A stretch of DNA of 63,936 bases from Eubacteriales bacterium (GCA_045589235.1 JAZNOR010000071.1:1-63936); one strand, 5' to 3'. Positions 27,562 to 36,902 are shown, counted from the stretch's first letter. Notes: generated from the letters alone by a model not told the origin. A program made the numbers and translations.

Positions 27562-28542
27562 TTAGTCTACCTCTGCTTTTACCAAAGCATTGTCGATTAA
27601 TTCAGAGTTCGGGTTTGAAACAATTTTATCCTTTTTGCTAATACCCTCTTTTATTTCAACAACTGTTTCAAGTTCAAAACCTGTTTTGATTGCTGTTTTG
27701 CGTATACTATCACCTTTTAAAACAAAAACGTATTCGGTATTTCCCTCTTGGATTATGCAGTTATATGGAAGGCTGAGCGCATTCTCATGCACTTCTGTAA
27801 GTATTTTTGTATTAACGGTGTATCCAGGTTTTAAATCTGTGTTTTTTGATGTGATTTCAAGTAAAACATCAACAGTTGTCTCCCCTGCTCCCGTTAAGCT
27901 TGTTTTTTGCTTTGCTACAGGACTGATTTCGTACACAACCGCATTGTATTTTTTCCCTTTGAAAGCTTCGCCTGTAATTTCTGCTTCTTGTCCTATTTTA
28001 ACTTCTTTAATATATAATTCAGATACGGGCACGCGAACTAATAATTTGTCAAAATTGGATACGGTAGCAATCGGAAGCATACCCATTGCTATCGCACCTT
28101 CCTTTATGTCAAGCTGTGTAATTATACCGCTACTCGGAGAGGTAATGTTAGGCGATGATTTTACGGTTGGTGTAAGCGTTTTTGGAATGTAAAAATTTTT
28201 AATGTCGTTTATACTATTTATTTCGGGTAAAATGTTCGAAATTTTTTCTATGTTGACAGGTTCATTAATATCGCTTGTGCAAAAAAGAATTTCACCCTTG
28301 CTCACCTTGTCTCCTAACGAAACATTAATTTTTTCGATTTTTGCGGATTGTTCTAATCTTATGCTGCTTTTTTCACCCTCTTCAACATTTCCTTTTACAA
28401 TTATACTGTTATAAAGTGTGCTTTGTTTTGGTGTGATAATTTTAACTGTTGGCCTTGTTCTGTATTCATAAAGCGGAGAATTATACCACATAATTACTAA
28501 TATCCCCAGCGTAAGCAAAATAGATAAAACTTTAAGCTTCAT
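27562..28542 (-). CDS. Efflux periplasmic adaptor (HlyD/MacA/YknX-like) protein
   Basis: N-terminal anchor, lipoyl-like and beta-barrel segments. Start set to ATG 28542 (the GTG at 28554 sits on the GGAG). 1 nt separates its stop from the permease ATG. Confidence 0.8.
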   Translation of the reverse strand: MKLKVLSILLTLGILVIMWYNSPLYEYRTRPTVKIITPKQSTLYNSIIVKGNVEEGEKSSIRLEQSAKIEKINVSLGDKVSKGEILFCTSDINEPVNIEKISNILPEINSINDIKNFYIPKTLTPTVKSSPNITSPSSGIITQLDIKEGAIAMGMLPIATVSNFDKLLVRVPVSELYIKEVKIGQEAEITGEAFKGKKYNAVVYEISPVAKQKTSLTGAGETTVDVLLEITSKNTDLKPGYTVNTKILTEVHENALSLPYNCIIQEGNTEYVFVLKGDSIRKTAIKTGFELETVVEIKEGISKKDKIVSNPNSELIDNALVKAEVD

Positions 28543-28608
28543 ATAACGACGCACTCCTGATTTGTATATTTAAAATCTTATTGGGTAATATAAAATAAGG
28601 TGATTTTT

Positions 28609-28764
28609 ATGAGTCTTATACAGTGCACAAGTAATTGCATATATCAAAAAGACGGAATTTGCCTTCTTGACAACGCGGTTTCGTATGGCGTACCGAACGA
28701 TTGCGGCTGTATTCATTATGTCCCGAAGAGTGGGCAGCAATACTATGATACTAATAAAAAATGA
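28609..28764 (+). CDS. Unlisted 51-aa Cys-rich small protein
   Basis: AAGGTGA RBS 5 nt before the ATG. MSLIQCTSNCIYQKDGICLLDNAVSYGVPNDCGCIHYVPKSGQQYYDTNKK. Below the track's length cutoff. Confidence 0.55.
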   Translation: MSLIQCTSNCIYQKDGICLLDNAVSYGVPNDCGCIHYVPKSGQQYYDTNKK

Positions 28765-28823
28765 CTAGCTTTTCGTTTTTAATTTAATGAGCTTTGCATA
28801 GTTATATATTGGAGGTGATGTAT

Positions 28824-29264
28824 ATGGCTTATTCCGACCGCGAGCTTTTAGCACGGTTAATACAATGTGAAGCAGGCGGCGAAGGAGATAATGGCATGCG
28901 TGCGGTTGCAAGTGTTATAATGAACCGCGTCAATGCACCAAGTGGAGAATATGCTCGCGTCGGTCAAGGAAGTATAAGAAATATTATTTTTCAAGAAGGG
29001 CAATTTGTGTGTGCATCTACAACTGAAAATGGTCGCCCCAATCCACAAAATATTTATAATATGGAGCCGGAACAAATACATTACGATATCGCTGATTGGG
29101 CAATCGCAGGAAATAGACTTTCCCCTTTAGGTGAAGCTTTGTGGTTTTTTAATCCTTTTTCACCAAATTGTCGCCAAAATTTTCCGAATGAAAATGGGTA
29201 TTTTATCACACGTATTGGAAAGCATTGTTTTTACAATCCTTCGGATTCTTATTATCTTACATAA
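28824..29264 (+). CDS. Spore cortex-lytic enzyme family protein (CwlJ/SleB catalytic domain only)
   Basis: Start ATG 28824 after GGAGGTG. LLARLIQCEAGGEG...MRAVASVIMNRV signature. 146 aa with no signal peptide or PG-binding domain, so CwlJ-like. Confidence 0.8.
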   Translation: MAYSDRELLARLIQCEAGGEGDNGMRAVASVIMNRVNAPSGEYARVGQGSIRNIIFQEGQFVCASTTENGRPNPQNIYNMEPEQIHYDIADWAIAGNRLSPLGEALWFFNPFSPNCRQNFPNENGYFITRIGKHCFYNPSDSYYLT

Positions 29265-29280
29265 AAAGTGAGGTCATTTT

Positions 29281-29604
29281 ATGGATAGCATCCAGAATAG
29301 ACAGATAAATTTGCAACCGGATTATAATTCGGATCCTCAAACAGCTGATGAAGTATACCGTTCATCGCTAAATGCAACATTAAAAAATAATATCGGACAG
29401 TATGTTGTTTGTGAATTTTTAATCGGCACAAGTACAACTGTGTTAAAAGACGGAATTATATATTCTGTAGGCAATAATTTTTTAACACTTTATCAGGAGG
29501 AGGAAGATAGATATGTAGTCTGCGATATTTATGCAGTTAAGTTTATTACATTCTTTAATTCTCGAACCCGACCGCGCAATGTGCGCATACCGAGAAATAT
29601 ATAA
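29281..29604 (+). CDS. GerQ-like spore coat protein
   Basis: 107 aa. C-terminal pattern G.YV.CEFLIG....LKDGIIYSVGNNFLTLY....RYVVCDIYAVKFITF resembles GerQ/YwdL. Adjacent to a CwlJ-like gene. Confidence 0.55.
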   Translation: MDSIQNRQINLQPDYNSDPQTADEVYRSSLNATLKNNIGQYVVCEFLIGTSTTVLKDGIIYSVGNNFLTLYQEEEDRYVVCDIYAVKFITFFNSRTRPRNVRIPRNI

Positions 29605-29607
29605 AAC

Positions 29608-29636
29608 AAAAAAGCACTCCAAAGAGTGCTTTTTTC
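29608..29636. terminator. Bidirectional terminator
   Basis: aaaagcactc/gagtgctttt stem flanked by A-run and T-run. Confidence 0.75.
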
Positions 29637-30634
29637 TATCTATGCGCTGTAACGCTTATGAGCTTAACATCCTTAGCTATTTCTGTTTTTGAAATATTAT
29701 ACGGTTCAGAATAGTCAGTTGATAAATACTTCTTGTTATCATCTGCAAAGGTTGTAACGAAATCGCCACCACCATTTTCTATCTGCTTTATAATGCATCC
29801 TATAAGATTTGCGCCACTTGATATTCCGACGCCGATTCCTAACTGCTCAGAAAGCATACGCGCCATAACAATTGCATCTTCATCATCGACAGAAACAACA
29901 CTGTTAAACTCTGATAAATTAAGAATATCAGGAATAAATTCGTCAGAAATACCTTGAATTCTATGCTTTCCGACTTTGTAGCCGGTAGATAATGTCGGAG
30001 AATTACGCGGTTCAAGCGGATAAGCTTTAAGATTAGAGTATTCATCTTTAAGTCTTCTTGCAAGACCCATTATTGTTCCGCCTGTGCCAACGCCTGCAAC
30101 AAGTCCTTCGGGAGTTACTCCGATAGCGGATAATTGATTAACAATTTCCTCACCGGTGAAATACATATGCGTATCTGTGTTATCTTGGTTTGTGAATTGA
30201 CGAGGTAAAAACACATTACCATTTTTATAAAGATCTTCACACATAGCAATTGAACCTAAAAATCCTCCTTGCTCGCGTGAAACAAGAACAACTTCAGCGC
30301 CATAAGATTGCATAAGATTTATTCTTTCTCTGCTCATCCAATCAGGCATATAAATACGCACGTTATGGCCTAAAATTCGACCCATTGCAGAAAAAGCAAT
30401 GCCCGTATTACCACTTGTTGCTTCGGCGATTAAATCGCCTTTTTTTAATTCACCTGACTCAATTGCTTTTTTAAGAATATAATAAGCAACACGGTCCTTA
30501 ATGCTACCGGTCAAATTATAATATTCAGCCTTTGCAAAAGTTCTAAGCTTTTTGCCTTTATATTCATATTTAATTTCCAAAAGCGGAGTATTTCCTATTA
30601 GAGGTTTGATTCTACCCCATACATCAATTGACAT
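29636..30634 (-). CDS. PLP-dependent cysteine synthase family protein
   Basis: 332 aa. NLTGSIKDR (PLP Lys) and TSGNTG motifs. Exact reaction not assignable. Confidence 0.8.
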   Translation of the reverse strand: MSIDVWGRIKPLIGNTPLLEIKYEYKGKKLRTFAKAEYYNLTGSIKDRVAYYILKKAIESGELKKGDLIAEATSGNTGIAFSAMGRILGHNVRIYMPDWMSRERINLMQSYGAEVVLVSREQGGFLGSIAMCEDLYKNGNVFLPRQFTNQDNTDTHMYFTGEEIVNQLSAIGVTPEGLVAGVGTGGTIMGLARRLKDEYSNLKAYPLEPRNSPTLSTGYKVGKHRIQGISDEFIPDILNLSEFNSVVSVDDEDAIVMARMLSEQLGIGVGISSGANLIGCIIKQIENGGGDFVTTFADDNKKYLSTDYSEPYNISKTEIAKDVKLISVTAHR

Positions 30635-30704
30635 AACATAACCTCAAAAAATAAAAATTAACACTAACAAACAGTATACAACAAAATTTGATAAAAGTCG
30701 AGTA

Positions 30705-31994
30705 TTATTTCGGTAAAACTAAAAATCCGTTTGGCACAGCTCTTCCCTTTTCTTTATTAGCGGCAGATGGTTTTGATATTTCTCTGCCGTTGTAGTACAT
30801 AATACTTGACGAACCTCCATCTAAATTACACGCTTGAACAGCACCGTAGCTCTCCATTATATTTGCACACTCGCCTAAAGTAGCGCCGATAGAATACCCG
30901 GGGGCTCTGCCATCAACAATAAGAAGTAAAATTTCTCCTTTTGCAGTTTGTCCTATAACGGTTCGAGGTTGAATTCCCCAACCAGCTGATCCACTGACTA
31001 ATTTTTCACCGTTTATAATCAAGGCCGGTTTAAATTCAACAGCGTCTCTGAACGAAGATAACGTATCAAATTTACCAATGTTAAGGCGATTGTGGTAATC
31101 AAGTGCTATAACTCTGTTACCTTCATTTATCATCTTTTGATGCATTTTACCGTCGGAAATAACAAGGCCATAGGCTTTTCCACCGTTTCCCATACCGTTA
31201 GGGTCAACGAAACCACTGGCATTAACACCTAAAATCGCACCGTTGCTTTTAACAAGGCGTTCCATGCTGGAACCGTATGAACCGAAGTTTTCAGCCAGTC
31301 CCAATTTAACTTGAGCAGGGTTTTTAACTATTGCCATACGGGCAACAAAGTTATCCTCTTTGATTTTTATAATCAAAATCCCCTGTTCTTCGTCTATTGC
31401 CAAAACTTGGTCACCATTTTTGGTTTTGATACTTGTTCCATCTTCATCAAGACCTGCTTTATCAATAAAAACTCGCTTGTTTTTATTATATGCATCATTT
31501 TCTTTTACGTACTTGTCAAAACTCTTTTCTTCAATTTCATGGAACACTCGATGGAAATAATTCTTATTGCTTTCCCAAGCACGCTGAGACGCAAAACCAA
31601 CACTGTTATCCCAATCGGATACAAGTCCTGCCTGTGCTTCATCAAGCAGATATCTGTCTCTCATAACCGCGTCAATAACATTACCTGGAATAAACGCGGT
31701 TGCAAGCCATTGATAGCGCATTGTGCTCATAGCGGTTTCTATATAAATTGTTCTCCACTTGGCGATGAATGGAACGCTGGAATAGATTAAAATTGAATAA
31801 ATACTGATAAGTGCAACAAACCAAAGAACAATCTTTTTCCAAAGATCCTTTTTATTTTTTTTACTTTTCCTTGAGCCACTTACAAGCTTAATTTTTCCTG
31901 AGGACTTTTTGGGAGCTTGTTTTTTTTCAGTATCTTTTGACCAAACAGAATCCCAGTCAACAAAATCTATATCATCGTCGTAACGATTATTCAT
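30705..31994 (-). CDS. Phosphodiester glycosidase (NAGPA-like) family protein, membrane anchored
   Basis: Lys-rich cytoplasmic N-terminus, one TM, C-terminal ...RTVIGQ...LLIVDGR...NLDGGSSS. Confidence 0.75.
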   Translation of the reverse strand: MNNRYDDDIDFVDWDSVWSKDTEKKQAPKKSSGKIKLVSGSRKSKKNKKDLWKKIVLWFVALISIYSILIYSSVPFIAKWRTIYIETAMSTMRYQWLATAFIPGNVIDAVMRDRYLLDEAQAGLVSDWDNSVGFASQRAWESNKNYFHRVFHEIEEKSFDKYVKENDAYNKNKRVFIDKAGLDEDGTSIKTKNGDQVLAIDEEQGILIIKIKEDNFVARMAIVKNPAQVKLGLAENFGSYGSSMERLVKSNGAILGVNASGFVDPNGMGNGGKAYGLVISDGKMHQKMINEGNRVIALDYHNRLNIGKFDTLSSFRDAVEFKPALIINGEKLVSGSAGWGIQPRTVIGQTAKGEILLLIVDGRAPGYSIGATLGECANIMESYGAVQACNLDGGSSSIMYYNGREISKPSAANKEKGRAVPNGFLVLPK

Positions 31995-32060
31995 TAGGCA
32001 TCACTCCAAGCTATATAATAACACAAAAAACACGTTTAATCAATACAAAAGACGCTGAAT

Positions 32061-32930
32061 TTATTCAGCGTCTTCTTCAATTGGAGCTTCCGGCTTTTCT
32101 TGTGCATCCAACATATATTTTTTAATAACCGGATATGTTGCATAGCTTGTCAAAAATCCGCAGAAAGAAAAGAGAATTGTTACGGTTAAGAAAATATCTA
32201 AATACGGAGTTGCAGTAAATGCAAAAACAACACCTATTGAAACTGCAGCAACAAGAAGATTTCTGAAAAATCCCAAAACAGCAAATATATATGCGTTTTT
32301 GAATATTGCTTTTACAGGTAAATAAAATGTTACCGCAAGAGTGTACAGATAATTGCGCATAAACATATAGAAAATTGTAATGATTACGGCGATAAAACGC
32401 ATAAATGAGTAAAAATAATACGTAACTCCTTCTGCTGCGCCCATATTCATAGTTATGTATAGTGCAAAAGAGATAAAAACAAAAATATCAACTATACCAA
32501 AAAGCAAGCCTTGCTTAAAGTTTTCTTTTGCGCGTGTGAAGAGTTCGCTATACCAAACATGTCTTTCAGTTGATAAATTTCTCATTGCATATGCAAAACC
32601 GCAAGTAACAGGACCGTATATAAGTGCTGAAATCGCAAGCAAGATGTACGAAACAGTTGGTGGAAGTGCGATTGCTATTCGCATAATCAAATTAACAAAA
32701 ACCGTTTGTGAAACAACTTCCGGCGAAATATCGAATGCAACAACCGTGCCCGTTACAATTAAACAAATTAACGGTAATATGCAAATTAAATATAAAATAT
32801 TAAAAAAACAAAGACGAGATATTTTCCTTATAAAAAGTTCGAAAAAAGTAAAAACCGCATTTTTCTTTCTTTCATTACGCGATACACCCTTTCCCGGGCG
32901 CAAAAATCTTGACTGACTTTTCTTTGCCAT
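32061..32930 (-). CDS. YesL/DUF624 family membrane protein
   Basis: 289 aa polytopic protein with an N-terminal basic segment, DUF624-like. Confidence 0.65.
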   Translation of the reverse strand: MAKKSQSRFLRPGKGVSRNERKKNAVFTFFELFIRKISRLCFFNILYLICILPLICLIVTGTVVAFDISPEVVSQTVFVNLIMRIAIALPPTVSYILLAISALIYGPVTCGFAYAMRNLSTERHVWYSELFTRAKENFKQGLLFGIVDIFVFISFALYITMNMGAAEGVTYYFYSFMRFIAVIITIFYMFMRNYLYTLAVTFYLPVKAIFKNAYIFAVLGFFRNLLVAAVSIGVVFAFTATPYLDIFLTVTILFSFCGFLTSYATYPVIKKYMLDAQEKPEAPIEEDAE

Positions 32931-32944
32931 TCTTTTTATCCTCC

Positions 32945-33823
32945 TTATTGTGCTCGCGGGTGAAATTTATTATATGTATTTTTTAAATTCTGCTGAAGCA
33001 GCATAGCATAAACCTGTGTAGAAGAAATGTCAGAGTGTCCGAGCATTTCTTGAATTGAACGCAGATCAGCTCCGTTTTGCAAAAGATGCGCGGCAAACGA
33101 GTGCCGCAATGTATGTGGCGTGATTTCTTTTTTAATTCCGGCACTTTCCTGATATGCCTTAATGATTTTCCAAAAGCCTTGACGTGTCATTCTCTCGCCG
33201 GATAAATTAACAAATAACGCCGGATCTGTGAGTTTAACCAAGAGTATGTTTCTTGCATGTTCTATATAGTTTTTAACTGCGGTCACTGCTGCAGGATAAA
33301 GCGGAACAATTCTTTCTTTTTTATCTGAAACAATATGCACAAAACCAATTTCAACGTTAATGTGATTAACATTAAGCGAAATAAGCTCTGAAACCCGCAT
33401 TCCGGTTGCATACAATAATTCAAGCATGGCACGGTCGCGATATCCTTTAAGGGATGCGTTGTCCGGCTGCGCTAAAAGTAAATCAACCTCTGAATTGCTG
33501 AGTATCTGAGGTAATTTCTTTTTGCTTTTTTCTGTTGTAAATCCTTTAGTTGGGTCAGACTCTATCATATCTCGTGCCATTAAATAATGAAAAAAAGAAC
33601 GGAGTGAAGCAATCGTGCGAGTCTGCGTTGCCGAAGATTTACCTTCCTCCTGCAACATAGAGAGGTATGAAGCAACGGTTTCGTTTGAAATTTTAGAAAG
33701 TTTTGCGGGAGCATAGTCTAAAAATTTGCGCACATCACGCATGTAAGACGAAAGTGTGTTAATAGATGCTTTCTTTTCGTTTATTAAAAAGTTTTCATAT
33801 TCGTTTAAACTAAACTTAACCAC
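32945..33823 (-). CDS. xerD: Site-specific tyrosine recombinase XerD-like
   Basis: 292 aa. SAM-like N domain. ATGMRVSEL (Arg I), HTLRHSFA (HxxR), LGHSDISSTQVY (His/Tyr). Confidence 0.8.
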   Translation of the reverse strand: MVKFSLNEYENFLINEKKASINTLSSYMRDVRKFLDYAPAKLSKISNETVASYLSMLQEEGKSSATQTRTIASLRSFFHYLMARDMIESDPTKGFTTEKSKKKLPQILSNSEVDLLLAQPDNASLKGYRDRAMLELLYATGMRVSELISLNVNHINVEIGFVHIVSDKKERIVPLYPAAVTAVKNYIEHARNILLVKLTDPALFVNLSGERMTRQGFWKIIKAYQESAGIKKEITPHTLRHSFAAHLLQNGADLRSIQEMLGHSDISSTQVYAMLLQQNLKNTYNKFHPRAQ

Positions 33824-33840
33824 GCAAAACTCTCCTTTCT

Positions 33841-34434
33841 TTAAATAAATAACTTAGTGATAAACGGAGTTAGAAAAAAGTCCAAAACGGATTCTATACA
33901 AAGGATTAACGTAATAATTCCGCAAACGATAAAATATCCTTTTGGAAATATCGAACCTGTTATAACTCGTCTTTTGTTTGAAAACATATTTATCTGTCTG
34001 TATGAAGTTGATAAACAAAATGATGAGATTAAAATAATACACGGAATTAAAATAAAAGAATTTATTCCTAAATATGATAAAGCAATTGCAATACCTCGAC
34101 TTCCGAAAATCTTCATAATCGTGCCTATAGAAAAACCCAGAAAAAAACCTTTGCATAAAGTGATTACAGGTATAGCTAAAACACCGATCACGCTGAAGGA
34201 AAATGCAAATATAATAATCGGATATTTAAAAGCTGACCAAAGATATGTAAAATAATTTTGTTCGTTTAGCGCTGAGGTTTTTAAACTGTTTATCGAATTT
34301 GTCAGTTCATTGGCTGTGTCAGCATTTATATATGCAGATGCAGCTGAACCAACAAGGATTCCGCAAAAAAGCAGAAAAGACAACGCGATAATAGTGACTG
34401 AATTTGAGTTTTCCGATTTGTTTATAAGCTTCAT
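33841..34434 (-). CDS. spoIIM: Stage II sporulation protein M-like membrane protein
   Basis: 197 aa, 5-TM profile, in the usual clostridial position next to xerD. Confidence 0.6.
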   Translation of the reverse strand: MKLINKSENSNSVTIIALSFLLFCGILVGSAASAYINADTANELTNSINSLKTSALNEQNYFTYLWSAFKYPIIIFAFSFSVIGVLAIPVITLCKGFFLGFSIGTIMKIFGSRGIAIALSYLGINSFILIPCIILISSFCLSTSYRQINMFSNKRRVITGSIFPKGYFIVCGIITLILCIESVLDFFLTPFITKLFI

Positions 34435-34486
34435 ATTGCTCGTCCCCTTTCTTCATATAAATATGAAAAAAGAAGTGCAAATATTC

Positions 34487-35284
34487 TTATTTACCTAATT
34501 CATCTGCGCGCAATACAGTACGCTTAAAAACTTCATCAATTGTTTTTTCAAAATTAAAATCATCAAATGCAGTAAGTCCTGCAAGGGTAGTTCCACCCGG
34601 ACTTGTAACTTGTGCAATGAGCTCATCAGGTGTTTTGTCTGTGTTTTTCATTAAATGAGATACTCCATGCATAGTAGATACCGCCAGGTTATATGAGTTT
34701 TCATAGCTCATTCCGCTTCTGACGCCTGAATCTACCATTGCTTTAACAAATCTAAAAAAGAACGCCGGAGCCGAGCTTGAAAGCGGGATGGTTCTGTTGA
34801 TTTCATCTTCTCTTACTTCAACAATATCACCGGATGCTTTGAATATATCACAAACAATATGATAAATATCATCCGGTACACCGGCAGTGCGTGCAATAGC
34901 AGTACAACCAAATCCAACAGTTATTGGCGTGTTTGGCATAACACGTATAGCACAAAGGTCTCCAAGTGCGGTTTTAAGTCGTTCAACAGAAACGCCTGCG
35001 AGCATTGAAACCAATGCTTTACCTGAAAACATCCCTTTTAAATCTTTTGCAACGACATCAAGCATTTGCGGTTTGATTCCCAGAAAAATCAAATCGCTAT
35101 TCTCGCAAACTGCGCGATTTGAATTAACCGCTGTTATTCCATCGAATTTTTTAAGATTTTCCGCATTGGGGTCGAATGCAAAAATATTATTTGTTTTTAC
35201 TATTTTCGAATTAAGTGCAGCTCGTAAAATCGAACCTGCCATATTCCCAACGCCACAAAAGCCTAGTTTAAGATTTTCATACAT
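34487..35284 (-). CDS. proC: Pyrroline-5-carboxylate reductase
   Basis: 265 aa. GFCGVGNMAG NADP fold and VTSPGGTT motif. Confidence 0.9.
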   Translation of the reverse strand: MYENLKLGFCGVGNMAGSILRAALNSKIVKTNNIFAFDPNAENLKKFDGITAVNSNRAVCENSDLIFLGIKPQMLDVVAKDLKGMFSGKALVSMLAGVSVERLKTALGDLCAIRVMPNTPITVGFGCTAIARTAGVPDDIYHIVCDIFKASGDIVEVREDEINRTIPLSSSAPAFFFRFVKAMVDSGVRSGMSYENSYNLAVSTMHGVSHLMKNTDKTPDELIAQVTSPGGTTLAGLTAFDDFNFEKTIDEVFKRTVLRADELGK

Positions 35285-35333
35285 CAGTTTTTATCTCCTT
35301 ACAAAACAACTTTACATAAAACCGACAAAATAA

Positions 35334-35362
35334 AATATACATTATTTCACTCAATTTTTCAA
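35334..35362 (-). promoter_or_regulatory. Candidate sigma-A promoter for proC
   Basis: Minus strand TTGAAA (35362-57), 17-nt spacer, TATATT (35339-34). Confidence 0.5.
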
Positions 35363-35406
35363 GTGAAAATAAAGGAAAAATTAATTTTTGTACAAATAGA
35401 CCAAAA

Positions 35407-35434
35407 ATTTTATGTAAACAAAATTATGTAAACT
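35407..35434. other. dif-like 28-mer (candidate Xer recombination site)
   Basis: ATTTTATGTAA-ACAAAA-TTATGTAAACT. The right arm equals the XerD arm of B. subtilis dif as I remember it. The left arm matches 8/11 to the ideal inverted arm. Confidence 0.3.
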
Positions 35435-35482
35435 AACTTAACTACATTCCCTTGTGGTCAACTTCTCTGCTCTATACAAGAG

Positions 35483-35517
35483 CAAAAAAGAAAGACCGTA
35501 ACTTTTGTTACGGTCTC
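35483..35517 (-). terminator. Terminator after the SCIFF maturase gene
   Basis: gaccgtaac/gttacggtc stem followed by a T-run on the minus strand. Confidence 0.75.
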
Positions 35518-35526
35518 AAAATCAAA

Positions 35527-36888
35527 TTAGTCTTTAAGCGCATCGTGTACTTTTAACATAATAGCACATTCTAAACGTTTGCGTTCAAGCTCACAACCGA
35601 GCTCGTATGGGTCAACTAAATTTCCATTCATATTTAAATTAGCTGCACTGCAACCGCCACTGCAATAGAATTTAGCCCAACATGTTTTACACTTTTCTCT
35701 TGTGCAAATATTAAGTGCCATAAACTCTTTGGAAATATCAGGGTTGAACGTTTTGTCAATTACATTACCCATCTTATATTCTTCTTTGCCAACGAATTGG
35801 TGGCATGGATAAACATCGCCTTCAGGCGTTATCGCAGCATACTCATACCCTGCTCCGCATCCGCGAATGCGTTTTATAACACAAGGACCTTGCTTTAAGT
35901 CAACCAAGAAATGAAAAAAGTTAAAATCACGACGTTCTTTCATAATTTCAGCAAGCTTTTCATATTCTTCGAAGATCCTTGAAATATCTTCATCATGCAG
36001 CGCATAAGAACAGCTTGCTTCCGCAGTAACCGGTTCGACGGACAGCTGATCAAAACCCAAATCTGCAATATGCAAAACATCCTGCACAAAGTCTAAATTA
36101 TCATGAGTGAACGTTCCGCGAACATAATAGTCTAATTTTTTATCTCGAGCATCAACTAAAGCTTTAAACTTTGGAACGATATGCTCATAACTACCCGAAC
36201 CGCTAACTGTTTTTCTCATATTATCATTAACTTCAGGTCTACCGTCAAGAGATAAAACAACATTAGACATTTCGCGGTTTATGTAATCTATGTTTTCTTG
36301 ATTTAAAGCAAGACCATTCGTTGTTATTGTAAAGCGAAAAACTTTATTATGAATCTTAGCCTGTTCTTTTGCATATTCAACAGCTTCTTTAACGGAATCC
36401 ATTGCCATAAGAGGTTCGCCGCCAAAAAAGTCAATTTCAATATTACGTCTGCTTTGTGAACGTGCAATAACATAGTCAATAGCAGCTTTTGCAACTTCCG
36501 GAGGCATAAGCTTGCGACCTGTGCCAAAGTCTCCAGTTGACGCAAAACAGTATTTACAACGCAAATTGCAATCATGTGATATATGCAAACACAGTGCCTT
36601 AAGTGGTGGGTTCTCAGGAAAAGCACGACTTACATCGATATAGTCATCATCTGCGAATAAAAGCCCGTTTTCACAAAGCTTATAAAGTTCTGCATATGCA
36701 GCTTCACATTCTTCTCTTGATGCCACCGAGCTCAATGAGCTGATAATCTCCACCGGACAGCAGCTGTTTTGCGGTTTCTCTTCCATAAGTTCAAGCACGC
36801 GGAAAGCAATGTCATCAAGCGCGTGAACAGCACCGCTATTGACGTCTATAGCAATGTTGTATCCGCCTTGTCTATATGTATGTACCAT
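35527..36888 (-). CDS. SCIFF radical SAM maturase (SPASM domain)
   Basis: True start ATG 36888 after GTGAGGA: MVHTYRQGGYNIAIDVNSGAVHALDD. CNLRCKYC rSAM motif. C-terminal SPASM Cys clusters (CGAG...PCHQF, CKTCWAKFYCSGGC). Confidence 0.9.
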   Translation of the reverse strand: MVHTYRQGGYNIAIDVNSGAVHALDDIAFRVLELMEEKPQNSCCPVEIISSLSSVASREECEAAYAELYKLCENGLLFADDDYIDVSRAFPENPPLKALCLHISHDCNLRCKYCFASTGDFGTGRKLMPPEVAKAAIDYVIARSQSRRNIEIDFFGGEPLMAMDSVKEAVEYAKEQAKIHNKVFRFTITTNGLALNQENIDYINREMSNVVLSLDGRPEVNDNMRKTVSGSGSYEHIVPKFKALVDARDKKLDYYVRGTFTHDNLDFVQDVLHIADLGFDQLSVEPVTAEASCSYALHDEDISRIFEEYEKLAEIMKERRDFNFFHFLVDLKQGPCVIKRIRGCGAGYEYAAITPEGDVYPCHQFVGKEEYKMGNVIDKTFNPDISKEFMALNICTREKCKTCWAKFYCSGGCSAANLNMNGNLVDPYELGCELERKRLECAIMLKVHDALKD

Positions 36889-36902
36889 TTTTTTATCCTC
36901 AC

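Noticed and set aside
32945-33823. Tyrosine recombinase as a phage or ICE integrase
   Set aside because: Its size (292 aa), XerD-type motifs and the conserved xerD-spoIIM neighbourhood indicate the housekeeping chromosome-dimer resolvase. There are no other mobile-element genes nearby.
35308-35335. Alternative dif candidate ACTTTACATAA-AACCGA-CAAAATAAAAT built on the inverted half-site
   Set aside because: The left arm is good, but the right arm lacks the inner TTATG positions (6/11 match to the remembered XerD arm). I treat it only as a third half-site accompanying the better 28-mer at 35407..35434.
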